From: Lachnospiraceae bacterium
GTDB taxonomy: Bacteria > Bacillota > Clostridia > Lachnospirales > Lachnospiraceae
NCBI GenBank assembly: GCA_024692825.1
Contig: JAILMB010000050.1
Location: 686 to 64,685 of the forward strand
DNA: 64,000 nucleotides
Reading direction: 5' to 3'
How positions within the stretch are numbered: the stretch's first letter is position 1; each line of letters begins with the position of its first letter. The notes below the pieces were generated by a model. That model was not told the origin of the DNA and ran no database searches. It saw only the letters and a program-made list of their open reading frames with translations. Positions 50,869-60,042 of this stretch are shown here, piece by piece. The translations under genes were made by a program, and so were the position numbers.

Positions 50869-51735
50869 ATGAGACAAAGAAATAAAATGACAATTCCAAC
50901 AGGTGGATTGTTTTTGGTTTTAATAACGATTTGTTTCATGCTTTTGGCTTTAAGCTATGTTACAGGCTTTTCTGGCGGACCGGTTCAGACCGTGGCAAAT
51001 TATATTTTTGTCCCTATGCAAAAAGGTTTGAACTTTATTGGAACAGGTATTACAGAAAGCACAAAGGATGCTAAGACAAAAGAAGAACTAATCGCCGAAA
51101 ACGAAAGCTTAACAGCTCAAGTAGAAGAACTTACTACTCAGCTTACTAATATGCAGTTACAGCAAGAAGAGCTGGAACGATTAGAAGAGCTGCATGATCT
51201 GGCTACAGATTATGGCAATTATAAAACCGTAGGGGCTCATGTAATCGCAAAAGGAACCAGTAACTGGTTTAATACCTTTACCATCGACAAAGGAACCAAT
51301 GATGGTGTTCAGGTTGATATGAACATTATTTCCGGAAGCGGTCTGGTAGGTATTGTAACGGAGGTTGGCCCAAGTTATGCAGTGGTTCGTTCCGTTATTG
51401 ATGACAATTCTTCTGTAAGCGCCATGATTCTTGCAACCTCTGATAATTGTATCGTCTCTGGTGATTTAGAGCTTATGACGAATAGCAATATGATTGAGCT
51501 TACAGACTTGGAAGATGTGGACAATGAAGTTGAAGTTGGTACAGCAGTAGTTACTTCAAATATCAGTAGTAGATTTTTACCGGGAATTTTAGTTGGTTAT
51601 GTGAGTGAGTTACATGAAGATGCCAACAATCTTACAAAATCCGGAACCATTACTCCTGTAGTTGATTTTAAACATTTACAGGAAGTATTAGTAATTTTGG
51701 AATTAAAGGAAACAGGAAAAACTGATGGAGATTAA
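50869..51735 (+). CDS. mreC: Rod shape-determining protein MreC
   Basis: 288 aa. TM anchor, coiled coil and beta-domain (GLVGIVTEVGPSYAVVRSVID). Confidence 0.85.
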   Translation: MRQRNKMTIPTGGLFLVLITICFMLLALSYVTGFSGGPVQTVANYIFVPMQKGLNFIGTGITESTKDAKTKEELIAENESLTAQVEELTTQLTNMQLQQEELERLEELHDLATDYGNYKTVGAHVIAKGTSNWFNTFTIDKGTNDGVQVDMNIISGSGLVGIVTEVGPSYAVVRSVIDDNSSVSAMILATSDNCIVSGDLELMTNSNMIELTDLEDVDNEVEVGTAVVTSNISSRFLPGILVGYVSELHEDANNLTKSGTITPVVDFKHLQEVLVILELKETGKTDGD

Positions 51736-52261
51736 ACCCATAGCAAAAAGAATATTGGCATATCTTCTCACAATGGTAGTGTACTTTTTGATTCATACCA
51801 GTGTGTTTCCTAACTTTCAGTTAGGCGGAATTGCACCAAATGTCATGGTGATTTTGGTTTCTGCCATTGGATTTATGAGAGGTGGAAATACAGCTCTTTT
51901 CATTGGAATGGGCTCAGGTATTTTACTGGATATGTTTTCTGGTACCTATTTTGGTATGTATGCTTTTATTTACCTTGTCATTGGGTTTGTAAACAGTGCC
52001 TTCCATCAGATCTTTTTTGGAGATGATATGAAGTTACCGCTATTTTTAATTGCAAGTAGTGACTTTGTATATGGTCTTATGATTTATGGATGCATTTATT
52101 TTATGCGTGCACGTTATGATTTTGGATTTTATTTATTAAATGTAATGATTCCAGAATTGGTATATACCGTATTGGTATCTTTATTGTTATATTTTCCTAT
52201 TTATTACTTAGAGCAGTGGTTAAATAAATCAGATAAGAGGAGCGAACGAAAACTTGTTTGA
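51725..52261 (+). CDS. mreD: Rod shape-determining protein MreD
   Basis: 178 aa polytopic membrane protein in the conserved position after mreC. Confidence 0.75.
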   Translation: MEIKPIAKRILAYLLTMVVYFLIHTSVFPNFQLGGIAPNVMVILVSAIGFMRGGNTALFIGMGSGILLDMFSGTYFGMYAFIYLVIGFVNSAFHQIFFGDDMKLPLFLIASSDFVYGLMIYGCIYFMRARYDFGFYLLNVMIPELVYTVLVSLLLYFPIYYLEQWLNKSDKRSERKLV

Positions 52262-55103
52262 GTGGCTGAATGATTTTAAAGATAGAATTTTTTCTTCACG
52301 TCTTACGGTAATGGTAAGTATTATGTCTTTATTTGCCGTTATTTTGTTAGGGCGTCTTTTTGTGTTGCAAATAGTAAGAGGTACGACCTATCAGGATAAC
52401 TATAATCTCTTAACCGAGAAAAAAGAAACAACGGAAGCTACAAGAGGAAATATTTATGATCGAAACGGGGAACTGTTAGCTTATAGTGAATTGGCGTATG
52501 CAGTTACCATTGAAGATAAGTTTTCAAATTATAGCACCGCTGATAAAAACGTAATGCTAAATGAGATTTTGTATGAAATTATTTCAAATCTCAATGCAAA
52601 CGGTGATGAAATCGACAATGATTTTGGAATTTACATAAATTCTGCTAATAAGTATTCTTTTGCCTCTTCTGGTACAGCCTTGCAACGATTCCGTGCCGAT
52701 GTATTTGGCTATGCCACCATTGATGAATTAAAATCAAAATCTCAGTCTAAGTATGGAATTGATGAAGCAAATGCCTCAGCGGAAGAAATCATGGAATATT
52801 TGTATGGAGAGTACAAGTATGAGATTTCAGAAGAGTACGAGGAAAGTATTCGCTATAAGATTGCTGTCATTCGTTACAACATGAGTTTGAACAACTATCA
52901 AAAATACATTTCCACTACCATTGCCTCAGATATTAGTGATGAATCCGTGGCTTATATAAAAGAACACGAAGCTGACTTTATGGGAGTTGAAGTGGAAGAG
53001 CAATCTGTCAGACGATATGTAGACAGTGTTTGTTTTTCAAATATCCTCGGTTATACCGGTAAGATTTCAACAGAGGAGTATGAAGAACTGTCGGAAGATA
53101 ATGATGATTACACCTTAAATGACATTATTGGTAAAAGTGGTATTGAACAGTATATGAATGAGTATCTTTCCGGTAAAAAAGGATACAACGTCGTATATGT
53201 TGATAACGTAGGTAATGTATTAAAAGAAGCAGAGTCAAAGGATGCTGTTTCCGGCGGAGATGTGTATCTTTCCATCGATAAGGATTTGACCGTGGCTACC
53301 TATAACCTCTTAGAGCAGGAGATAGCTGGTATTGTCTATTCTAAGATTCAAAATATCAAGGAATACAATTCCTCTTCTGATGATTCTTCTAATATCGTAA
53401 TCCCTATTTACGATGTGTATTATGCATTGATTAATAATAACTTAATCGATATTACAGCTTTAAATGCAGATGAAGCAAGCGACGTGGAAAAGGCCGTATA
53501 TTCTACTTATACCAATAAGTATGAGTCTGTTCTTTCCCAGTTAAAGAGTTTACTTTTAACAGATAGTCCTGCTGCATATTCTACCTTAACAGAAGAGTAT
53601 CAACAGTATAGTACATATATTGTAAAGACCTTAAGAAGTAATGAAGTATTACTTTCAGATTCTGTAGATACTACAGATGAGACCTATCAAAAGTGGTCCA
53701 ATGAAGAACTATCTGTGGAAGAGTATTTAAAATATTGTATTGAGAAAGACTGGGTTGATATAACAGTCTTTACACAAAAGTCTCTATACGTAGATACAGA
53801 TGAAATTTACGAAAGCTTAGTGGACTATATCCTTTCCGATGTACTGTCTTCAAAGGATTTTGAAAAATTAGTCTATCGATATGCCATCTTAAACGATGAG
53901 ATTTCCGGAAACCAGCTTTGTACAATCTTGTATGATCAGGGTTACTTGGAGTGGGATGAAGAGACGAGAAATAATCTTGCTTCCGGTTCTACTTCAGCTT
54001 ATGCCTTCTTAAAAGAAGAGATTCGAACCTTGGATATTACACCTGGAGAATTGGCCCTTGATCCATGTTCTGGTTCTTGTGTTGTCATAGATCCAAATAA
54101 TGGAGATGTATTGGCCTGTGTTTCTTATCCTGGATACGATAGCAATAAACTAGCCAACTCCGTAGATTCTTCTTACTATAGTCAGTTGGTTTACAATTTA
54201 GCCAATCCGTTATACAACCATGCGACACAGCAAAGAACGGCGCCCGGTTCTACCTTTAAGATGGTGTCTTCTGTGGCAGGTTTAGCAGAAAATGTAATTA
54301 CAACCACATCCACCATTACGGATTTAGGTGTATTTGATAAGGTATCCAACCAGCCAAAATGTTGGTATTACCCTAGTACCCATGGTTCCATTAACGTGTC
54401 AGAAGCCTTAAGAGATTCATGTAACTACTTTTTCTACGAAGTTGGTTGGGAATTGGCTGGCGGAAGCAGTTACAATGATGAACGGGGTATTGAAAAGATT
54501 CAAAAATACGCATCTATGTTTGGTTTAGATGAAAAAACCGGTGTGGAAATCGAAGAAAATACCCCTTCCATAGCTACAGAGTATCCGGTTATGGCTGCCA
54601 TCGGTCAGTCTGATAACAACTTTACAACAATTTCACTTGCCCGTTATGTTACTGCCATTGCAAATAATGGTACGGTTTATGATTTATCTCTTTTAGACCA
54701 TGTAACAGATTCCGAAGGTGAAACCTTAGAAGAGTATTCTTCCAGTGTGAAAAATACTGTAGATGTCTTAAATACCTCAGAATGGTCCGCTATTCACTAT
54801 GGAATGAGGATGGTAGTAGAGTCTTTGGAATGTTTTGATGGATTTAGTGTAGAGGTTGCTGGTAAAACAGGTACAGCTCAGCAGGTAACCACACGACCAA
54901 ACCACGCGTTATTTGTAGGATTTGCTCCATATGATAAACCGGAAGTTGCCATTGCAACACGTATTGCCTTTGGTTATACCTCTCATAATGCAGCTGAGGT
55001 TACGAAGAATATTCTAAGTGCCTACTTTGGTGTGGAAGATACAGAAAGTTTGATTAATGGAGAAGCTACAAGCAATACTTCATCAAATACAGTTACAGAT
55101 TAG
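52254..55103 (+). CDS. mrdA: Penicillin-binding protein 2 (class B transpeptidase) with expanded N-terminal module
   Basis: 949 aa with a TTG start. TM anchor, RGNIYDRNG, active-site STFK (nt 54249-54260), SDN-like and KTGTA motifs. Confidence 0.9.
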   Translation: MFEWLNDFKDRIFSSRLTVMVSIMSLFAVILLGRLFVLQIVRGTTYQDNYNLLTEKKETTEATRGNIYDRNGELLAYSELAYAVTIEDKFSNYSTADKNVMLNEILYEIISNLNANGDEIDNDFGIYINSANKYSFASSGTALQRFRADVFGYATIDELKSKSQSKYGIDEANASAEEIMEYLYGEYKYEISEEYEESIRYKIAVIRYNMSLNNYQKYISTTIASDISDESVAYIKEHEADFMGVEVEEQSVRRYVDSVCFSNILGYTGKISTEEYEELSEDNDDYTLNDIIGKSGIEQYMNEYLSGKKGYNVVYVDNVGNVLKEAESKDAVSGGDVYLSIDKDLTVATYNLLEQEIAGIVYSKIQNIKEYNSSSDDSSNIVIPIYDVYYALINNNLIDITALNADEASDVEKAVYSTYTNKYESVLSQLKSLLLTDSPAAYSTLTEEYQQYSTYIVKTLRSNEVLLSDSVDTTDETYQKWSNEELSVEEYLKYCIEKDWVDITVFTQKSLYVDTDEIYESLVDYILSDVLSSKDFEKLVYRYAILNDEISGNQLCTILYDQGYLEWDEETRNNLASGSTSAYAFLKEEIRTLDITPGELALDPCSGSCVVIDPNNGDVLACVSYPGYDSNKLANSVDSSYYSQLVYNLANPLYNHATQQRTAPGSTFKMVSSVAGLAENVITTTSTITDLGVFDKVSNQPKCWYYPSTHGSINVSEALRDSCNYFFYEVGWELAGGSSYNDERGIEKIQKYASMFGLDEKTGVEIEENTPSIATEYPVMAAIGQSDNNFTTISLARYVTAIANNGTVYDLSLLDHVTDSEGETLEEYSSSVKNTVDVLNTSEWSAIHYGMRMVVESLECFDGFSVEVAGKTGTAQQVTTRPNHALFVGFAPYDKPEVAIATRIAFGYTSHNAAEVTKNILSAYFGVEDTESLINGEATSNTSSNTVTD

Positions 55104-55105
55104 GA

Positions 55106-55786
55106 GTGATTTGTACTATGTCAGAATTAAGTGCCATCAAACTGAATTCCAAAGGAATGCAACTGTTATTAGATCCTGATTGTGACTTTGAGGATTTGGT
55201 AAAGGATGTTTGTTATAAATATCTACGGGGAAAAGAGTTTTTTGGAGAAAGAGAAATTATACTTGAAATCGTTGGCAGAGAGCTTTCACCTGTAGAAACA
55301 AGAGTCATTATTGAAGCCATTGAACTAAACTCTGGATTAGTAATTAAACTCTTACGAGAAAAAGACGGTTTAAACGATGCACTGATCTATAAAGAAATTG
55401 ATAAGTTTTATTATGAAAAAGCAATGGAAAATGCTAAAATAATAAGAGGTTGTGTTTCATCAGATTTAGACGAAGAATTATCCCTTTTAATTCTTGGAGA
55501 TATTAAAAGAAATGTAACCGTTACTTCAAAAGGCAGTGTGATTTGCCTTGGTAAGATTTATGGAAAAGTAATCTGTGGAAATAAAAAGGAACTGTCTTCT
55601 TTTGTTATTGCATCAGAGTTTCACAGTCCCGAGATTTTTGTTTGCGGCTATTCAAATGAAGCCTTATTTGAAGAAAAAAGTGGATTGTTTAAGAAAAAAG
55701 AGAAGAAGGGTGAATTAAAGTGTGTCAGTGTATTCCAGGACGAATTGATTCTGGAACCACTTGAAAATGGCATACTGTTTTCATAA
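55106..55786 (+). CDS. minC: Septum site-determining protein MinC (divergent)
   Basis: 226 aa (GTG at 55106, or more likely ATG at 55118). The C-terminal beta-helix aligns by eye to MinC (LLILGDIK...SVICLGKIYGKVICG...FVCGY). Confidence 0.65.
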   Translation: MICTMSELSAIKLNSKGMQLLLDPDCDFEDLVKDVCYKYLRGKEFFGEREIILEIVGRELSPVETRVIIEAIELNSGLVIKLLREKDGLNDALIYKEIDKFYYEKAMENAKIIRGCVSSDLDEELSLLILGDIKRNVTVTSKGSVICLGKIYGKVICGNKKELSSFVIASEFHSPEIFVCGYSNEALFEEKSGLFKKKEKKGELKCVSVFQDELILEPLENGILFS

Positions 55787-55792
55787 AAGACT

Positions 55793-56896
55793 ATGTTTCG
55801 TAATTATCGTTTAAAAAATTTCAATTTACCATTGGTACTATGTGTATTTGCTATTACCATTATTGGTATTTTAGTTATTGGAAGTGCGAATTCAGATTAC
55901 CAAAATAAACAGATTATCGGTATGCTGATTGGCGTTGTTGTTATGGTGATTGTAGCATTGATTGATTATGATTTTGTGCTGCAGTTCTATTGGCTTTTTT
56001 ATGTAGCTGTGATAGGACTATTAGGAGCGGTACTTGTATTTGGATCTTCATCAAAGGGTGCTACCAGATGGATTGATTTAGGAGTCATTCGATTCCAGCC
56101 ATCGGAATTGGCAAAGGTATTATTAGTATTGTTTTTTGCATATTATTTACCTCGCTATGTGGATGAGATTAACACCATAAAACGGATTGCAATTATTGCA
56201 GTGCTGGCTGGAATTCCGTTATTGTTGATTGAGGAAGAGCCGGATTTGTCCACTACCATTGTTACATTTTTAATTCTGGCATCTATGATTTTTTATTCCG
56301 GACTCAGTTATAAAATTGTAGTTCCCGTCATTGCTGCCGGAGTGATTGGAATTGTTGTAATTTTAATTGTACTTACTCATGGTGGAGCCTCACTTTTAGA
56401 GGGGTATCAAAATTATCGTATTTTAGCATGGCTATATCCCGATGACTATACGCAGTATTCTTATCAGCAACAAAACTCCATTATGGCCATTGGTTCAGGG
56501 CAGCTTCTGGGAAAAGGCCTTTACAATGAGAGTATTGAATCAGTTAAAAATGGTAATTATATTTCAGAACCTCAGACGGACTTTATTTTTGCCGTTGCAG
56601 GAGAAGAACTTGGCTTTGTAGGAGCAATTATTATTATTGGTTTGCTATTTGCAGTTACCTTACTTTGTTTAAAAACAGCAAAGAAGGCAAAGGATATGTC
56701 TGGTCAGTTGATTTGTGTTGGAATTGCTTCCATTATTGGATATCAGACCTTTGTAAATATCTGTGTAGTAACAGGTATGTTTCCAAATACTGGTTTAACC
56801 CTTCCGTTTATGAGTTATGGTCTTACCTCTTTGGTGACGCTGTATTTTGGTATTGGATTTGTGTTAAACGTCAGTTTACAAGCTAAGAAGTATTAA
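55793..56896 (+). CDS. rodA: Peptidoglycan glycosyltransferase RodA (SEDS family)
   Basis: 367 aa with 10 TM segments. FQPSELAK, EPDLSTT, PQTDFIFAVAGEELGF and GLTLPFMSYG motifs. Confidence 0.9.
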   Translation: MFRNYRLKNFNLPLVLCVFAITIIGILVIGSANSDYQNKQIIGMLIGVVVMVIVALIDYDFVLQFYWLFYVAVIGLLGAVLVFGSSSKGATRWIDLGVIRFQPSELAKVLLVLFFAYYLPRYVDEINTIKRIAIIAVLAGIPLLLIEEEPDLSTTIVTFLILASMIFYSGLSYKIVVPVIAAGVIGIVVILIVLTHGGASLLEGYQNYRILAWLYPDDYTQYSYQQQNSIMAIGSGQLLGKGLYNESIESVKNGNYISEPQTDFIFAVAGEELGFVGAIIIIGLLFAVTLLCLKTAKKAKDMSGQLICVGIASIIGYQTFVNICVVTGMFPNTGLTLPFMSYGLTSLVTLYFGIGFVLNVSLQAKKY

Positions 56897-56915
56897 AAGA
56901 TAAAGGAGAAGGCAC

Positions 56916-57311
56916 ATGAATATTGGGTTAGTTGCTCACGATTCAAAAAAGAAATTAATGCAAAATTTTTGCATTGCCTATAGGGGAGTGCTTTCACGAA
57001 ACGATTTATTTGCCACCGGTACAACAGGTCGTTTAGTAGAAGAAGCTACAAACCTTACGGTACATAAATATCTATCTGGTCACTTGGGTGGAACTCAGCA
57101 ATTGGGAGCTCAGATTGAACATAATCAGATTGATCTTGTTATCTTTTTGAGAGATCCTCTGCAGGCAAAATCTCATGAGCCAGATGTAAATAGTATTGTG
57201 CGTTTGTGCGATGCTCACAATATCCCTTTAGCTACAAATTTAGCTACAGCGGAATTATTAATTATGTCATTAGATCGAGGAGACCTTGAGTGGCGTGAAA
57301 TGTATAAATAA
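56916..57311 (+). CDS. mgsA: Methylglyoxal synthase
   Basis: 131 aa. LVAHDSKK, ATGTTG and the PHEPDV-like SHEPDV motifs. Confidence 0.93.
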   Translation: MNIGLVAHDSKKKLMQNFCIAYRGVLSRNDLFATGTTGRLVEEATNLTVHKYLSGHLGGTQQLGAQIEHNQIDLVIFLRDPLQAKSHEPDVNSIVRLCDAHNIPLATNLATAELLIMSLDRGDLEWREMYK

Positions 57312-58275
57312 GATTTTAAGTGTTGCAGTTATAGCAGCAGTTCTTTTGAATTTCTGCGGCTGCGGAAAAGTAAATGTTAAAAATCCATATTCTTTATATG
57401 AAGATTCCTATACCTACGGATTAGTAGCAAATGCTCCGGTGTCATCATCAAATCTGATGGCTTCTTCACTCTGTGTTACAGATGGAACCGACTTTGGCTT
57501 AGAAGCTGTTGATAGTCAAGTGTGTGAAGGGGCAGGTCTTTTTAATACGGATACCGGTCAGATTCTCTATTCACAAAATGTCTTAGGAAAGTTATATCCA
57601 GCAAGTACCACAAAAATGCTTACAGCTTATGTGGCTTTAAAATATGGCGATTTAGACCAGGAGATTACCGTATCAGAAGATGCCTGTGATCAAAGTAGTG
57701 ATTCCTCTATATGTAATTTAAATCCCGGAGATGTCTTAACCTTAAGACAGCTGTTATATGGCCTTATGTTACGAAGCGGAAATGATGCAGCCATTGCCAT
57801 TGCTGAAGGAGTTGGAGGAGATGTAGCTTCCTTTGTGGAACTTATGAATACAGAAGCAAAGAAGCTAGGGGCAACCCATTCTCACTTTGTAACTCCAAAT
57901 GGACTCCATGACGAAGATCACTATACCACTATCTATGACATGTATTTGATTTCTTATGCGGCCTTATCCTATAATGAGATAACTGAAATTCTTCAGACTG
58001 TAAACTATGATGTTTTATACAAAAATAGTGCAGGAGAAGAACAACAGCAGTCCTGGGCAAATACCTGTGGGTATTTATCAGGATCTTATAAATCACCGGA
58101 AGGTATTACTATTATTGGTGGAAAGACAGGTACCACAAATCCTGCTGGATATTGTCTGGTTTGTTACTGTACAAACGAAAGAAATGAGCATATGATTTCC
58201 ATTGTATATCATGCTGATTGCAGAGGAAACTTATATCTATTAATGAATGAAATCCTTTATCAGTTTGGACGATAA
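57286..58275 (+). CDS. D-alanyl-D-alanine carboxypeptidase (peptidase S11), probable lipoprotein
   Basis: ASTTKMLT (SxxK), SGND (SxN) and KTGTT motifs. The N-terminal signal has FCGC cysteines. The start is uncertain: TTG 57286, or GTG 57295 downstream of GAGGAGA. Confidence 0.85.
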   Translation: MSGVKCINKILSVAVIAAVLLNFCGCGKVNVKNPYSLYEDSYTYGLVANAPVSSSNLMASSLCVTDGTDFGLEAVDSQVCEGAGLFNTDTGQILYSQNVLGKLYPASTTKMLTAYVALKYGDLDQEITVSEDACDQSSDSSICNLNPGDVLTLRQLLYGLMLRSGNDAAIAIAEGVGGDVASFVELMNTEAKKLGATHSHFVTPNGLHDEDHYTTIYDMYLISYAALSYNEITEILQTVNYDVLYKNSAGEEQQQSWANTCGYLSGSYKSPEGITIIGGKTGTTNPAGYCLVCYCTNERNEHMISIVYHADCRGNLYLLMNEILYQFGR

Positions 58276-58298
58276 GGAAGAAAGAGAGGAGTTTATTT

Positions 58299-59315
58299 AT
58301 GGCTATTTTAGTTACTGGAGGAGCTGGATTTATCGGTTCACATACTTGCGTGGAGTTATTAAATGCCAATTATGAAGTAGTTGTCTTAGACAATCTTCAC
58401 AATGCCAGTGAAAAATCTTTGGAAAGAGTGAAGGAACTCACTGGAAAAGAAGTGAAGTTTTACAAAGGGGATATTTTAGATCGTGATATCTTAAATAAAG
58501 TCTTTGCAGAAAATAAGATTGATAGTTGTATTCACTTCGCCGGTTTAAAAGCAGTAGGTGAGTCTGTTCAAAAGCCGTGGGAATACTACGAAAACAATAT
58601 TGCCGGTACTTTAACGCTTGTAGATGTTATGAGACAGAACAATTGTAAGAATATTATTTTCTCATCATCAGCTACCGTTTATGGAAATCCTGCACAGATT
58701 CCAATTACAGAGCAGTGCCCTAAAGGACAGTGCACCAATCCTTATGGATGGACAAAATCTATGTTAGAGCAGATTTTATCAGATATTCAAAAGGCTGATC
58801 AGGAGTGGAACGTTGTGTTACTTCGTTACTTCAATCCAATTGGAGCTCATCCATCAGGACGTATGGGAGAAAATCCTAACGGTATTCCAAATAACTTAAT
58901 GCCATATATTACTCAGGTTGCCATCGGTAAGCTTCCTGAACTTGGTGTATTTGGCAATGACTATGATACTCCGGATGGAACCGGTGTAAGAGATTACATT
59001 CATGTAGTAGATTTAGCTGTTGGTCATGTAGCAGCATTAAAGAAGATTGAAGAAAAAGCAGGTCTTAAGATTTACAATCTTGGTACAGGAGTTGGATACA
59101 GTGTATTAGATATTGTAAAGAACTTCGAAGAGGCAAATGGAATTAAGATTCCTTATCAGATAAAACCTCGTCGTGCAGGAGATATTGCTACCTGTTATTC
59201 CGATGCTACTTTAGCAAAGGAAGAGTTAGGATGGACAGCAAAATATGGCATTAAAGAAATGTGTGCTGATTCATGGAGATGGCAGAAAAACAACCCCAAT
59301 GGTTATGATGATTAA
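58299..59315 (+). CDS. galE: UDP-glucose 4-epimerase
   Basis: 338 aa [12 protein letters not shown], the YGWTK (YxxxK) catalytic motif, and full-length GalE resemblance. Confidence 0.95.
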   Translation: MAILVTGGAGFIGSHTCVELLNANYEVVVLDNLHNASEKSLERVKELTGKEVKFYKGDILDRDILNKVFAENKIDSCIHFAGLKAVGESVQKPWEYYENNIAGTLTLVDVMRQNNCKNIIFSSSATVYGNPAQIPITEQCPKGQCTNPYGWTKSMLEQILSDIQKADQEWNVVLLRYFNPIGAHPSGRMGENPNGIPNNLMPYITQVAIGKLPELGVFGNDYDTPDGTGVRDYIHVVDLAVGHVAALKKIEEKAGLKIYNLGTGVGYSVLDIVKNFEEANGIKIPYQIKPRRAGDIATCYSDATLAKEELGWTAKYGIKEMCADSWRWQKNNPNGYDD

Positions 59316-59343
59316 TTAATCATCAAAATATTTAAAAAAGTGC

Positions 59344-59372
59344 TTGCATTTCAAGTTCACTTATAGTAATAT
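59344..59372 (+). promoter_or_regulatory. Candidate promoter for tRNA-Glu
   Basis: TTGCAT (59344-59349), 17-nt spacer, TAATAT (59367-59372). Lies about 33 nt upstream of the tRNA 5' end. Confidence 0.45.
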
Positions 59373-59404
59373 CCTATTGTTGTGTTTTAACAGCATAAGG
59401 ATAT

Positions 59405-59476
59405 GGTTCCTTGGTCAAGCGGTTAAGACGTCGCCCTCTCACGGCGAAAACAGGGGTTCGATTCCCCTAGGAACTG
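59405..59476 (+). tRNA. tRNA-Glu (anticodon CUC)
   Basis: Folded by hand as a cloverleaf:
- acceptor GGTTCCT/AGGAACT (G1-U72 wobble);
- D arm GTC-AAGCGGTTAA-GAC;
- anticodon stem TCGCC/GGCGA with loop CT-CTC-AC;
- variable loop AAAC;
- T arm AGGGG-TTCGATT-CCCCT;
- discriminator G.
CCA is not encoded. Confidence 0.9.
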
Positions 59477-59484
59477 TTGTAAAG

Positions 59485-59518
59485 AAGACTCCCAAGTATT
59501 TACTTGGGAGTCTTTCTT
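59485..59518 (+). terminator. Intrinsic terminator after tRNA-Glu
   Basis: Perfect inverted repeat AAGACTCCCAAGT / ACTTGGGAGTCTT around a short ATTT centre, followed by T-rich TCTT. Confidence 0.65.
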
Positions 59519-59551
59519 ACATATATTAATATAAAAAAAGAAAGGCAGTAT

Positions 59552-60016
59552 ATGTCAAAAAAAGAAGAGTACGAAAAGCGTACAGAAGAGTACATGTTGC
59601 CCATCGTTGAAAAACGTGGCTTTGAACTCTATGACGTTGAGTTCGTAAAAGAAGGAAATGATTATTACTTGCGAGCATACATTGAAAAGCCAGGTGGAAT
59701 TACTATCAATGACTGTGTAGATGTTAGTCGTGAAATGAATGAAATCCTGGACAAGGAAGATTATATTAAGGAAGCTTATATTTTTGAGGTTTCATCTCCT
59801 GGATTAGATCGACCTTTGAAAAAGGATAAGGATTTTGAGCGTAATCTAGGAAAAAAAGTAGATCTTAAGACCTATAAAGCCTTTGATAAACAAAAAGAAT
59901 TTACCGGTATTTTATCAAGTTATGATAAAGAGTCTGTTACCATTACCTTCGAAGATGGAGATTTTACTTTTTCAAGAAAAGATATCTCAATGATTCGATT
60001 AAGTATAGATTTTTAA
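59552..60016 (+). CDS. rimP: Ribosome maturation factor RimP
   Basis: Start MSKKEEYEK. It has the VSSPGLDRPL motif and precedes nusA. The tracked ORF start (59504) lies inside the terminator hairpin. Confidence 0.9.
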   Translation: MSKKEEYEKRTEEYMLPIVEKRGFELYDVEFVKEGNDYYLRAYIEKPGGITINDCVDVSREMNEILDKEDYIKEAYIFEVSSPGLDRPLKKDKDFERNLGKKVDLKTYKAFDKQKEFTGILSSYDKESVTITFEDGDFTFSRKDISMIRLSIDF

Positions 60017-60042
60017 TTTCTTATTTATAAAGGAGGCAAAAA

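Noticed and set aside
59344-59529. 61-aa ORF on the + strand
   Set aside because: It runs straight through the tRNA-Glu gene, its promoter and its terminator hairpin. It has no RBS and is a chance ORF.
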